Below are positions 11,515-23,985 of a stretch of DNA of 64,000 bases, piece after piece. Under the pieces are notes generated by a model. It did no database searches. It was not told where the DNA came from and saw nothing but the letters and a program-made list of their open reading frames with translations. The stretch lies in the NCBI GenBank assembly GCA_025786725.1, contig JAHLTZ010000001.1:868001-932000 (forward strand), written 5' to 3'. This DNA is from Syncephalis fuscata S228. Its lineage: Eukaryota > Fungi > Zoopagomycota. The first letter of the stretch is position 1, and the number at the start of each line of letters is the position of its first letter. A program made the translations under genes and the position numbers.

Positions 11515-14251
11515 TTACGACCGGATTGGCTGGTTTGCCGTCGGAGGAGCAGTTGACAGGTTTATCGATAGAGTGGATCGCATCGATGATGCTGGACTAG
11601 CAGAAAGAGAAAGCTCACGATGAGTATGGTCGTGGCTATACTCGCGGTCGGTGTAATTACGGTGTGAATAGGCAGCATCTTCGCAAGGCTCTTCGGCAAA
11701 CTCACTACTATCGCAGCTATGCATATCGCTATAAGCATCGGCTGCCATTGTGTGTTGCATGCTATCAGGCTGTGGCGATGGCGAATGATCCGATGTATTC
11801 ATATCGACATCGCTGTTGTCGGTTGTGGTAGCAGTGCCGGCAGTGTCGCGACGACCCGTCAGATTGGTAATTTTGGTGTCGGTAGTAGCCTGTTCTGATG
11901 CAGCAAAACGTGATCGACGGCGCTGTTGTGCTACGCGTTGTGCTTCCGTTTGTGGGCGACCTTTTTTGGCCGTGACACTAAATTGGCGATTGATGAGCAC
12001 ACGTAAAGTAAAATGAAGGAAGGAAAAAAACGCTTATGGCGGTACAAACAATGGCCAATCATAGGCCATCAAGTAATAATTGACTTACCGATTGCCATTA
12101 TATTTTGGGTCATCACGAACGATGGCTTCGACGTTGGCCAGCAAATAAGAGCCGTCTTTTGGGTGAATGCCAATATAGGAGTAGCTATAAACAATAATTA
12201 AGAATAAACGGCATGTTGATTTATAATGGTTAGTAACTAGAATGGTATTATAGTAAGTGATGGTAGTAACTTACGTTGACATGCGTCGTTGGCCAAGTCG
12301 ACGTGATCGAATGCCAGGAAAAGTGCTTACAACAAGACGGCCAAAGTTGGCCAAATCAAGTAGTTCGCCCTCTGGATCAACACGTTCTGCGTATTGAATG
12401 TAGTACTGATGTAGTGTACGGCGTTGAATAGAAAAACGAGGTGGTGCTGGCTCAAAGTTATCGAGTAGCCTATCAGATGTAGATATATATCGTTAATAAA
12501 AACAAATGCTATGCTTAGCAAACTTACCATTTGCGCCCAGTATCTCGTTTACGTGCCAGCTCGTCGTGACGTGGATGTGCACGTCGCATCATTGAAGATT
12601 CATGGAAGTTTGAAAAGTTTTGCGATGCAGCAGCCATGCCATTAAAGTGAGAGGCTGGCATAGGTGCATTACTGATATCTAGTGCATCATTGGCATGAAT
12701 AGCGCCACTAAACGACGAATGGCCACGAGAAGAGTGCATGTTGTCGGCAAATTCATGCTTGATCGCATGATGTACCAGCGTAGAACGATGTGCAGTACCA
12801 CTTTGCTTGTATGCCATTGTTTCCGACACTATAGAATGATATCATAAGGTTGGTTAGTCGTTATTATTGTTAACAAAAAACAATCGCTTCATTGTATGCT
12901 ATATTTTAGCACACAATGCTAACAGAGACTTACCATGGCTACCGTGGCTTGTGGGTATTTGATGCGAACGCTGTTGCTGAATAGACGTGGTCGAAGAAGT
13001 GTGGCCTTGGCATACACTATCGTAATGAACATCGGCAGGCGGTGTCACCTGGCTATACACAGGTGGGTCGCGTTGCTGGTAACGCTTCACGGCATCCTGT
13101 TGATAGCCAGCTGGTGTATGGCGGGCATAGGACGAGCTATAACGGTAGTCGTTATAGTCATGTACTCGACCCTCTTTATCATAGCAGGACGACAAGTGAT
13201 CAAATGACTGTACAGATGGCAAGCCAGCAATCGGTTTGCTATCATGTCGCAATGACGGTAAGTGTGGCGCCGATTGATGGTGGTAAAGCGATGGCAAAAC
13301 GGTCTTTGTTTTTGGTAGGCCATTATTCAATGTGTTTGCTTTGGAAAGTCCATGAGAAAACTCGATTGAATGCTGTTCGGGGTAGAAACGATGGCCAACC
13401 GGTGCTGGTTGTCTATAGGATAGTGGACGAGCGTATTCGTCACTTCTTTCTGTGTGAGCGAATTGGTTTGAATAGGATGTGCTATCGGCGGAGGTATAGG
13501 AAGAGGTGGCGGTGGCGGCAGCAGCATGCTCATACATATCGGTAGTGCTCGGTGAAATACGCTGGCGGTTTAATGGAACGGAGTGGTGCGCAGCGTGTTT
13601 CGTGTAGTGAACACTATCGGTAAAAGATGGCCGTTGCTGTTGCTGCTGTAGCAAATGATGCTGCATTTCAAACGATCGTGGCGGAGTCGTTTGGCCGAAT
13701 CGAAGCATAATCGAGTGCTGTTCTTTTGGGTAGGCAAGTACTCGATCCCTAGCCATCATCGCCTGTTTATTAACTTCACGGCGATCATTATAGTTATCAG
13801 GGGATAGCGGAGTAATGAGTGGGCGATTATGAACAAATCCGCCATTTTTTGAAGGTAAAGGCGATAGTAATTCGGATATCTTTGTAGGTGAACGTGTATC
13901 ATTGCTGTGCTCGCTTTGATGTCTAGCCGAGATGAGTGCTGGGTGCTGATGACTTGAGGGTACATGGCCAGAAGAAGGCTTTGGACCATTGCTATACAAT
14001 GCTGCAGGGGTCGAATAACTTGTGGGCTGATAGTTTGACACCGAGTCACTTGTACTGCCATTTTCTGGGTGAGAAATTAAGAACGGTAGAGGTGGCAGGC
14101 CGGCCTGTGTATGCTGACTATCGCCTGAGCCAATTGTTCTAGGCGCAGTTGAATGGTGTTCGGCGGAACGATGAGCAATGGCATTCGAATGCTGATTGGA
14201 AGGTAGCCAGGACTTGGCACTCTCCGTAGTTTGACTATGGGTGGCATGCAT
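11515..14251 (-). CDS. RFX-family winged-helix transcription factor. Exons 14251-12934, 12828-12528, 12469-12275, 12184-12089, 11977-11515
   Basis: The spliced product contains KWLLDNFEPAPPRFSIQRRTLHQYYIQYAERVDPEGELLDLANFGRLVVSTFPGIRSRRLGQRRMSTYSYIGIHPK. This matches the RFX DNA-binding domain pattern (WLLDNYE...LPRSTLY.HY...ASFGKLIRSVF.GLRTRRLGTRGNSKYHYYGIR). All four introns are GT..AG and preserve frame. The rest of the protein is low-complexity. Confidence 0.88.
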
Positions 14252-16264
14252 CTGAATGTAGTCAAACAAGTTTTAGCACGTTATTTACGGCGAACTTTAC
14301 CATGGATTACTGACCTTGAAACAGATTGACTAATACTATTAGTTACTAAATTGCCAGAAACCGGAACTAGCAGTGAGGATACGCGTGGATGAGGATGAAA
14401 AGGGAATGCAGAGATAGCTGGTCTACTGTGCAATACGGATAGATTGACAAAACAAGAGATTGTTTTTGAAAACTATGGATTGAATTGTAACGTCTGCCTA
14501 TAAGATAAATAGATGTAATTGATTAGTATAATGTGCTATATACAAAGGGATGGTTCAATGATGTGAGTATAAACATAATAGCTTAAATGCCATTATTACA
14601 AAGAGACTGATCTAATTAAACCAACCATTGAAATAGACTCAAGTGTGTCGGCACACATGCATGTAAAGATCAGTGGCGGGGAAAGGTAAGGCATGGTCAA
14701 AGCGCAATTAGCAAATCCAGCCAGCATATGCATGCAGATGATGCAACATAGGCATGGGCAGTGCTAGGCTAATAGATACATGATGGTATCAACTGGCTAC
14801 TTACAATTAAAAAATCAGTCGCAAAAGCAGATTAAAGTGTATGACCGCGCAGGAAAGCAGATAAGTGTTGCGAATAATGAGGTGCGGATAGGTTATTTGG
14901 TATGCTATATAAGTGTTGGTTGATTAGTTATAGCTTTGTGTAAACGATGAAACAAGGCAACCAAAAAGCATAATGAGGGAGGAATACAAAGTCTGAACAC
15001 AAAGATAGCAAATAAATAGACTGAGGCGCGTAATTGTGCGTCAGAATAAGGAAACAAGCCAGTAATTATGATCGAGACAATTGAAATAAACATGCAGCGA
15101 ATGTACGCGGATGTCGACAAAAGTGTAATCTACTCAAATTGAGCGGCATTGAAAATAGTAGTAAGAACAATAACCGCAACAGTAATAGCAATGCTAAGGC
15201 TAACGCACTATGGTCATGAAAAACCAACAAAACAGGTATTAATGGAGCAAAATAAATGAATTAGTGTAAAAAACTAAAACAACACCCGAAAAGCATATAA
15301 ACTTGGCTCTGGTACGGCAGCAACCAAGGCGGGAAATAATACGCATTAAACGAGCGGCTCGTTAGATGACCACGCGGCATATAGAACCGTGGAGTACAAA
15401 ACAATTACAGGGCGGTAAGGGGCAAAGGCATACATGTCAAAATGAAAAGGAGACGGTTTGAAATCGTCGTGTCTGGTAAATTCTAGCACGTTTAGTCTAA
15501 TGCCGGTCGGTTCTGCATCAGCTAATAATAACGATGAAACAAGCAGGATTTCTTATTATATTGACCATCTGAAATCAATAATTGCTTGGTAAAAGTCTAG
15601 GCTTGCCCAATAAAGCAATATAGACACGAACGGATTAGACTACCACGATGAGTAGTTTCAAGTTTCAAGGCTCGGGAGTTCAAATAGATTCAAGGTAACT
15701 GACAGTATAATTAGGGGCAGTCTGCGGGAATGGTCGAATAAACGATGATAGGTGTTCTTATTTCTTAATCATTACGAAACAGGTCACAGAAGTGTCAATG
15801 CCCCAATGTGTCCTGGTAACAAAGTATAGACCAGAAATACGGTGAAGTACTGAACCGTTTAACATCAACACGAACGAGGAAAAGGGATTATCACGTAAGC
15901 TGATTGATGAGCATGCAAACATAATGCTTAAAGTTACAGCATTTTGCAATTAAATAATAATATTGTTACCGAAAACAAACATCCGATGTCAACATATTGT
16001 TTGAATTGCTGGCTAATAAAAATTAAAATACATAGCCATCAAACTAGTTACTAATTATCCTAATGGATTGTAATAATAATGAACATTACACCATATAATG
16101 TGTGATATACGCGTATATAAAATAAACAGATGAAAGTAAAGATTGCTTATAGCATTAATAACGTAATACTTACTTGTAATGTGCTGATTCAGAAGGGGTG
16201 TTTAACTAGCTTGCGAAAAAAAAATGAAAGAAAAGCAGAAGCAGCGATAGAAGTAGCAATAGTA

Positions 16265-16385
16265 GTAGCGGCAGCAAAACAATAACAATGACGAAAACAG
16301 CAACAACAACAACAACAACACAACAACAACAACAACAACAATAACAATAGTCGCAATAATAACAACGACAACAACAATAACAATG
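16265..16385. repeat. (CAA)n microsatellite
   Basis: caacaacaacaac... with aat/gac variants. Confidence 0.9.
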
Positions 16386-19300
16386 GCTAGCTGCAAAAAA
16401 CACCTAATATAATGAAACAAATAAACATCAAACACGTACACGGCTTATCGTTAGTAAATTCTAGATTAACCATCAAATAGCAGCGCAAAAATAAAGTGCA
16501 TCGCTAAACTGTGGACCATTTAAACTAAGGTGTTAACAATAAAATACCTACTAGTTGGTTTCCAATATAAATAAAATGTTTAAAGGCAAACAAGCAAAGG
16601 ACTATAATAACAAACTATAATGAAGAGAAAAGATGGAATGCAATTTGACGATTAGATTTGCTAGCCAATTGCCTCTTATAGATCTTAACAGAGAATAGCT
16701 CAAAAAGCGGACCTTTTTACGCTCGCATTTCAAGTAGCAACATGACAAAAAGGTGTCGTAATATGAATGGACAAGTAAGTATGTGCGATAGTGAGAGTGA
16801 GAGTGAAAGGCGTGCTGCTTGGTCACATTGTCAGAATCCCGAAATTGGTTGACATGTGTGATCGGACGGGCAAGTCAAGCTTAGGCATGGTTGTACAAAT
16901 AGGCATGTGGACATGTTCTGTGTGACACATGCAATTGCAAGCAAGACGATCGATATAACAAGTTCTATATTAGTATAGACATACTAGTTGAGAACCTTGA
17001 AAAGCTTTGTCTAGTGTCTAGACACCATGCGGAATCGAAACTAAGCTATCGGCCTTTCATCCGGTTCCACTTGTATCTAATGCTTTAATGTTTCAAAGCT
17101 TTAGCTAAAAATGGAATGGTTCCTGAAACCAATAGAAAAGTCGATAGCCGGGACAATACTGAATTGAGTGATAGCCCATATCTCTGGACCGTACACACCT
17201 CTCGCTCACTCGCGCCGTCTCTTAGAGGCATGCGTTTGAAATAGAAGAACGTCATTCCATAAGCTGAAAAGGAGAATTACAGACCAAATGCAACGTGCAT
17301 TAAATGTGGTCTATTCTCGCCTTTGTCAAAATCCCATACACTCACAGGACAAGCAAGCAGGCAATTGGGCATGCCGCCTAAAGTGCTGCTGAGCATGCGG
17401 AGGCAATCTGCACAGCAATGACAATCATGCGCGCACTGGGCAAAGATAAGTGTGCAAACTATTCCCAGTTGACACTTGCAATTAGAGTAGCGTTATGGAG
17501 CAAAAATGGCAATTCAATCTGCCACACCAACGCTAGAGTGAGAAAGACCGAGGGAAGCGTGAACATTGCAATGCACATGTTTCACCAAGCATGTTTGCTA
17601 TTAGCAACACGCGCTGACAAGTAAGCCTGCAAAGCCAAGCATATGACTTTTTTTCTTGCTAATGGAATAAACAGCGTTGTTTGGTTGGCAAAGAGCGCAT
17701 TAAACGCAAGGAAAAAAGGTATCTGATCTGAGCGTTGTAGTCTCAATGGCACATGAACTGCATAGCGCTATGCATTCGGACAGTGTTTTACCGCTGTAAC
17801 CGCGCCGCACGCAAGCACAGTAGATGGCGTGTGAGCTAGTTAACCCATCCAAAAATAGTACTTTCGAACATGTAATACTACATGTTTCGGTGAGGCGGAT
17901 TGTAAAGCAGTACTACAAGTTATTCAAAGTGCAAAAATGCACACCAACTACTACTGCTAACACTAATAAAGCGCTTATAGCTACTATTACAGTTAGTAAT
18001 ACGGATGTTATTGTATCACTTTTTTGCAATAAACAATAACAACTATATTAATATTACAAACAGTTTGCTCAAAAGTGTATGAGCATAATAAACCACTTTT
18101 AAGATTAAAATACCAAAATTCAATACGCCAAGCGGCAGATAGTTTCAAGATGTACCTACTTGTAAAATACCAAAACAATAGTGATTAAATAACTATTCAA
18201 TAGCGGTAAACAATAAAAAACTAGATGACAAAAGCTGCAAACTATGATGGCCAGCGTTTGCAAGCCGGAGAGTAATAAAGTAGAATAACAAAAATGTTAG
18301 TGACTGGAGGTGTTGATGGTAAGGAAAGTTATTTCGGAGAAGATAAATAAGTGCTGTAGATAAAAGAGGAAAACACGGAGATGTGTTGTTATAGGGAACG
18401 GTGTGCGGAAATGAAGAAACGAGCACAAGGGGTGTACGTACGCACCGGTAAATACACACACACACACCCAAAGATGTGAGTCGAAACGAACTTCAGTAAG
18501 TATATTAGGAAGAAGATGGAGAATACCCAGCAGCGTGAATTCAATGCTAGAACTGGACGTAGTAAGGCGGTCAAATCGGACCGCAAGATATATCAACGAA
18601 CGAGGTAAGCAGATGGGTACACAAAAAGGCCGTCACATTCACTGGCGGCTCTACTTGCCTATGAGAGCACGGGCAAGGAAATTGTCACACCAGCACTTAT
18701 CGCTGCAGGTGATAATCAGAGCTTGATGAAAATACAGGAAATCTGGACTCTTCCATAACTCAAGCATTCAAGTCCAGATTAATGTAAGCATAAAGTTTCC
18801 GAGAGCACAGAACCAAAAAGCCAAGACATGCATATTTCAAACATAAACATGCCATTTTGTGAATACAAATAAAAGTTACCATGAGATGTATCGCGCAAGA
18901 GAAAAAGATATTACGCGTGATATGCAAATAAGGCAATTTTATCATTATCTCCGGCAAATTTAGTAATTCACTTTGTTGTTGCAATTGCCATTAAACAGAC
19001 AAAAAAACTGATATACATTACAAAAGATAAGAAACAAAAAGTATGCACGTGCCTAGATCACACGTGTTAGAAACTACGGGGCTGTGGGTGTATTGAAAGC
19101 GAGAGTGGAAAGCTGGAGTATCGAAAGAATGACAAAAAGAAGCATAAAAGTCAATACTTTGATAAACCGAAAAAGGAAACCGAATTATTGGCGTAATCCT
19201 AATGTATATAGGTAAACCAGCATCACCGTAACCAACAATTCAAGGTGTGGTTTATTGGTGCTATGCAAGATAATTCCGGCCTCGTCCCGTCTCTAGCTCA

Positions 19301-19749
19301 AGACGCGTAGGTATCAGACTTATGTGACTGCCGACTAATACAAACTAACGAAGAAATAAGGTAAATGGCCAAGAATACACCGTTTTAATGCACGATTGGC
19401 AAAACACAGATATGGGTGGAGATGCAAATATCCGTCTAGTAGAATTTACTGCCAAAACAGATATGAGCCCATTAGATTATCAAGCAACCTGGCACGATGT
19501 ACTCGTTTATAGTTATCTTTGATCCTAGGGGTTTAAATACCGATAAATCACGCATATGTGTTTTATGCTCTGCCTAGATTAGGCGTATAACAACAAGTAC
19601 AGCATCATTGCATTAAACTGCATGGGATGCTGAGGCACGTTTAAGGAAAACCAAATGAGTAATCAGTATTCATGCCTGTGTGATGGTGAAGCGTTGTACT
19701 GAAACAAAAAAGGCTTAGAAAGATTACGGCCATTGATGCAATTGATGCG

Positions 19750-19806
19750 CGCGCACACACACACACACATATACACACATACACACATACACGCATACAC
19801 ACATAC
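19750..19806. repeat. Imperfect (CA)n microsatellite
   Basis: gcgcacacacacacacacatatacacacatacacacatac. Confidence 0.85.
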
Positions 19807-22800
19807 GGCGAACAGAAACTGTTCAGTGTTATCTTAATGAAACTCAAGTAGGACACGGCTAATTATAGCAGCTAGCCATGCCATCTCACTGACCATTCAT
19901 CCATTAACACACAGCTCTGGTAATGTAATACGATTCTCATGTGACTAATATTATATTTCATTACACAATTGACCCACAAAATAGGCAAACGACAGTACAC
20001 AGGCCGCAGACCTCGCGTTGAAACACATGTAGACACCAACCGCCCGATGTAGGTCGTGGCAAGCACCATAAACTATTTCAAAAATCCTTAAACGTTTCTA
20101 CGACACAAATGGTAGCTAGTAGCAGCTGTAGTAACTTACCAAATATTGTCGGGCTATCCAGGTGGATATCAGCAGCTATATGAACGAAAACAATGGTCAG
20201 TATTTGGTACCATACAAAGAATGGCCGAGCAAAGGCTCAATGGTTTATGTCGCTCAGAAAAGCGTAGCTGGCAAGTAAATTGGAGCAATTTAACAATAAT
20301 CAATGGTGTGCTTTGTAATTCAAGTGGCTAGAAATAAAGCTAAACCATGCAGTTCTACGTAAAAAAGAGTGTAATTTAAGCGAATTTAAAGTTTAAGGCT
20401 CAAAGGAGATTGGATAAAATGTAATACTAAGTGGCAAGTGTATGAATGTGCTGTAAGATACAAATATAATAACGCGGCGTTATTTAAGTAGCCTTGACTA
20501 AACAGTTACTTTGCCAGGTGCTACTCGCAACCTCCGTTGACTCTGTATTCAAACACACGTGTATATAACAATGGTGTAATAGTGGTGGTGGTGGTGGTGG
20601 TTATGGTGGCAGTGGCTGGATAGAGAGGGGAAAGAGGGGAAGAAAGAAGAGAAAGGACTCAATAGGTGAATTAACAGGTATGAGGAGGGAACGAAAGAGA
20701 GGAGAGTAAGAGTGATAAGCGCTGGAAAGGAATAAACATAAAGAATAGAGCTGACGAAGCGAAAAAGAGTAGAACAAAGTGGAAAGAAGTCAGCTAGTAT
20801 TAATGTGGGGACGTGCACCGCCCCTTGTAATCGGAAGTTGCAGTGAAATAGTATTGCCAATGCCTAGCTGGCTATGGAAAAGATGTGGTTGACAATGTGG
20901 GCTGTTGTCTTCGCAAACGAACTGTACAACAAAACGACATGACAGCCTGACGCTCGTCTAAGTACCTGTGCATCATCCCACTTGACTGCCAACATCGTGG
21001 GATTGATCTGTGTGAATACCCACCGTTACATACATACATATGAAGAAACACGAAGACCGACGCAAGACGCACGTGCATTCGCAAAGGTAGGATGCTTACC
21101 CGGAGTGAACTGTACAACGTCTGATGAAGGTGGCAGTAGATCGAGAGGGATGTTGAAAGGAAGGAAACAGGAGAAGGACTAATGTATATGATAAAACTAT
21201 ACGGGTACCTACATCCGAGGACATGCAGTGTTTATTAATTGTCATAGGCAATAGCATTGGCCGAATTGAATGACGGTAAAGTGACTGGCTACTATTGCGT
21301 GAACACTGGTCGCAATCATAAGGCAGTTTTACAGCCTGCAAAAATAACGACACAACTTAGTCAGGTTATCCATTTCGAGTACCCGTAGGTATTGGAACAA
21401 CACGTGTCAGCATGGAGAAGCTGAGGTGAGATTTAATGTAAAACAAAGTCGATGAATATCTGATGAGAAATTCTTTATTTTGGAAGTGTCGATCAACAAC
21501 AGCCACTGTCCGTTTGCACGGTAATGTAAACAATGAAGCTGGCCAGCATATCTCCTGTACCATACTCATAAAATGCAATCATTTATGGTTACTTACTTGT
21601 TTAAACAAGTAAATGAACGAAAGCAGACATAGGCTGTAATACTGATGGGTTGGCGACAAACAATGAGACACCACACATACACATACACATACACACACGC
21701 ACACACACATCGGAAGCGGTAGAGAAAATAGCTTGTTTAACCACGCGCATTGAAGACAAGTTGGTAACCTGTAAGTTAATATGCAGAGGCCTCAGAATTC
21801 ACGGCTTCTCTATCGGTCTGTATCCTTTTCGGCTTATTGAGTCTTTTGACAAAAGCATGTCAGCTGGAACTTGTAGCCAAGACCAAACTTAGCAATGGAT
21901 AGTCTAGGACTGCTATAATAGATAAGCAAAATTAAAAAGTAAACCGCCAATGTCTTATCATCATCGTCACACTGGTGATTGATTTTGGTAAAAATGTTAT
22001 AACCTATAGCGATGCTGATGATCGTAAGGCATGTGTATACGCACACCACCCATTCATAATTTAATGTCTAGCCACAAACCAAATTTACCGATAAGTACAC
22101 TGAATGAATGGCGAGCAATCTAAGTTTGTTCGTTAGCAAGATCAAACAGAAATGGATAAATCTGCATGCAAACACACGAGTATGGCGCGTGCACTTGCAC
22201 ATGAAATTGGAGACCTACTACGCCGCAGCCGTGCCCATTGCCTAGCTCAATGGTTGGCTTTTTAAATTACGCGCCCTACTGTTCTTGCACCGAGCGTTTA
22301 TGTACTGCCCATGACATATTAAAAGGGAAACATTTTGATGGTTTTGGCATGATGCATATAAAAGTCTAGACAACTTTTCCCATTTTCTGACTAACGGCTA
22401 AACCGTTCAGCAGTTGTCATTGTTGTTGCCGTTTTTGTTTTCCTTGCCATGCAATCATTGAATCGCATTTGCATTTTAGCCATTAGAACAGACAAGCTTG
22501 CAGTTATCTTTTGCAAGTACCCGTTTGATTAAGCGTAACCGGTTCTTCAGGTACATAGTATTTGGCAGTGACCGGCGCTAATAGCTAGTCGGTCCGATGC
22601 AATGTCTGTGCGAAGCATGCTTTTTAACATCACAGCTGATGGATGTTGGCAGTAACGGGCTTTTGTCTAAACGAATTCTTACATCATAAATTGTTTTGCA
22701 AACGCGCAGCGATTTGCAGGCCATGTTATTGGCATTGCCAACCATTTTTTATTTAGTCTTAAACCGTTTAGCCGATGCCAATTATTTGAGGCGCTTTCAA

Positions 22801-22997
22801 AAATTATATAAGCATTTAGTTATGCAATATTATTACTACTATTAATATTGCTACTATTACACCAGTAAAGACAATGACAGCGGTGTAATAAACATTTAAA
22901 TGTTTTTACGTGTTTTTAGCAAGCATTGCGGCAATTGTAGTATGAATATCACACACTGCAGATTCATACTCGAGATGCCATACGGTATCATTGCAAC

Positions 22998-23078
22998 TGT
23001 GTGTGTATGTGTCTATGTGTGTATGTGTCTATGTGTCTATGTGTCTATATGTGTGCATGTGTGCACGTGTGCGCGTAT
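22998..23078. repeat. Imperfect (TG)n microsatellite
   Basis: tgtgtgtgtatgtgtctatgtgtgtatgtgtctatg... Confidence 0.85.
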
Positions 23079-23413
23079 GCATTCGCTTAAATGATTTTTG
23101 CTGGTCTTTCAAAATTTCAACACTGCTATGGCCTATCTGCTGCTCTTTCTCTTGAAAACGAAACACTGAGTGTAACCAATCATCGACTAGTTTGCTGTGT
23201 GTTTTGCTTTCCCGAATTTTTCTGCTTCGTTTGCTTTTAAAATCTTGTTTTCTGGCCTTTTGCCACCTCTACTGCATCAAATATAAGCCTATTTTTACGT
23301 CATATTAGCACACGATAGAAGAATATTAACCAAAGTTTTTTTTTGATAAAAGCTGTTAATACAAGAACAATCGTTTGTAGTAGCGTTTAATTATATAGTA
23401 AATTATTATTATA

Positions 23414-23458
23414 AATAATAGTAATAATAGTAATAATAGTAATAATAGTAATAATAGT
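23414..23458. repeat. 9-bp tandem repeat (AATAATAGT)x5
   Basis: aataatagtaataatagtaataatagtaataatagtaataatagt. Confidence 0.9.
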
Positions 23459-23985
23459 TACAATGGTAATATTTAAGCGTAAGCTGTTAAAGTTTTGCCT
23501 ATAACAACTTGCTTAATGGTAATTATAACGTAGTATCAATTGATTAGAAAGAAGCACAAGTAACACTATTACTTTGCTAATATACATAGAAGCAGGATAT
23601 TTCTTAAACATTACCAACAATGTTCAATTAAAGTCAGCGTCGGAGATATAAATTAATTATGGTGTAAGTGGTTTCGTCAAATTGTAATATGCTAATATTT
23701 ACAAAAAAGCTATCTTTATTTATTTAATGAAAATCATAACATATAAATAAATAAAAATTGATAATTACATTTTGAGTATACATATACTGGCGTAGTTTTA
23801 ATATTTACAATATATTATATATGCTAATTTAGCTGGATTTATTTAAAACTAAAGGTAGTCAGGATTAGTCAATAATTATAGCTAATGATTTGTTAATCGG
23901 ATTACACATCTATCTTTTGAGTAATTTATCATGATGATTGATAAAACGTGATGTGGTTTTAATCTTGTACATTAGCTTATTATTG

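Noticed and set aside
16189-16441. Poly-Cys/Val/Leu ORFs resembling metallothionein or TM peptides
   Set aside because: All three frames simply read the (CAA)n repeat.
18740-18780. 10-bp stem (aatctggact/agtccagatt)
   Set aside because: Too short to distinguish from chance, with no RNA family features.
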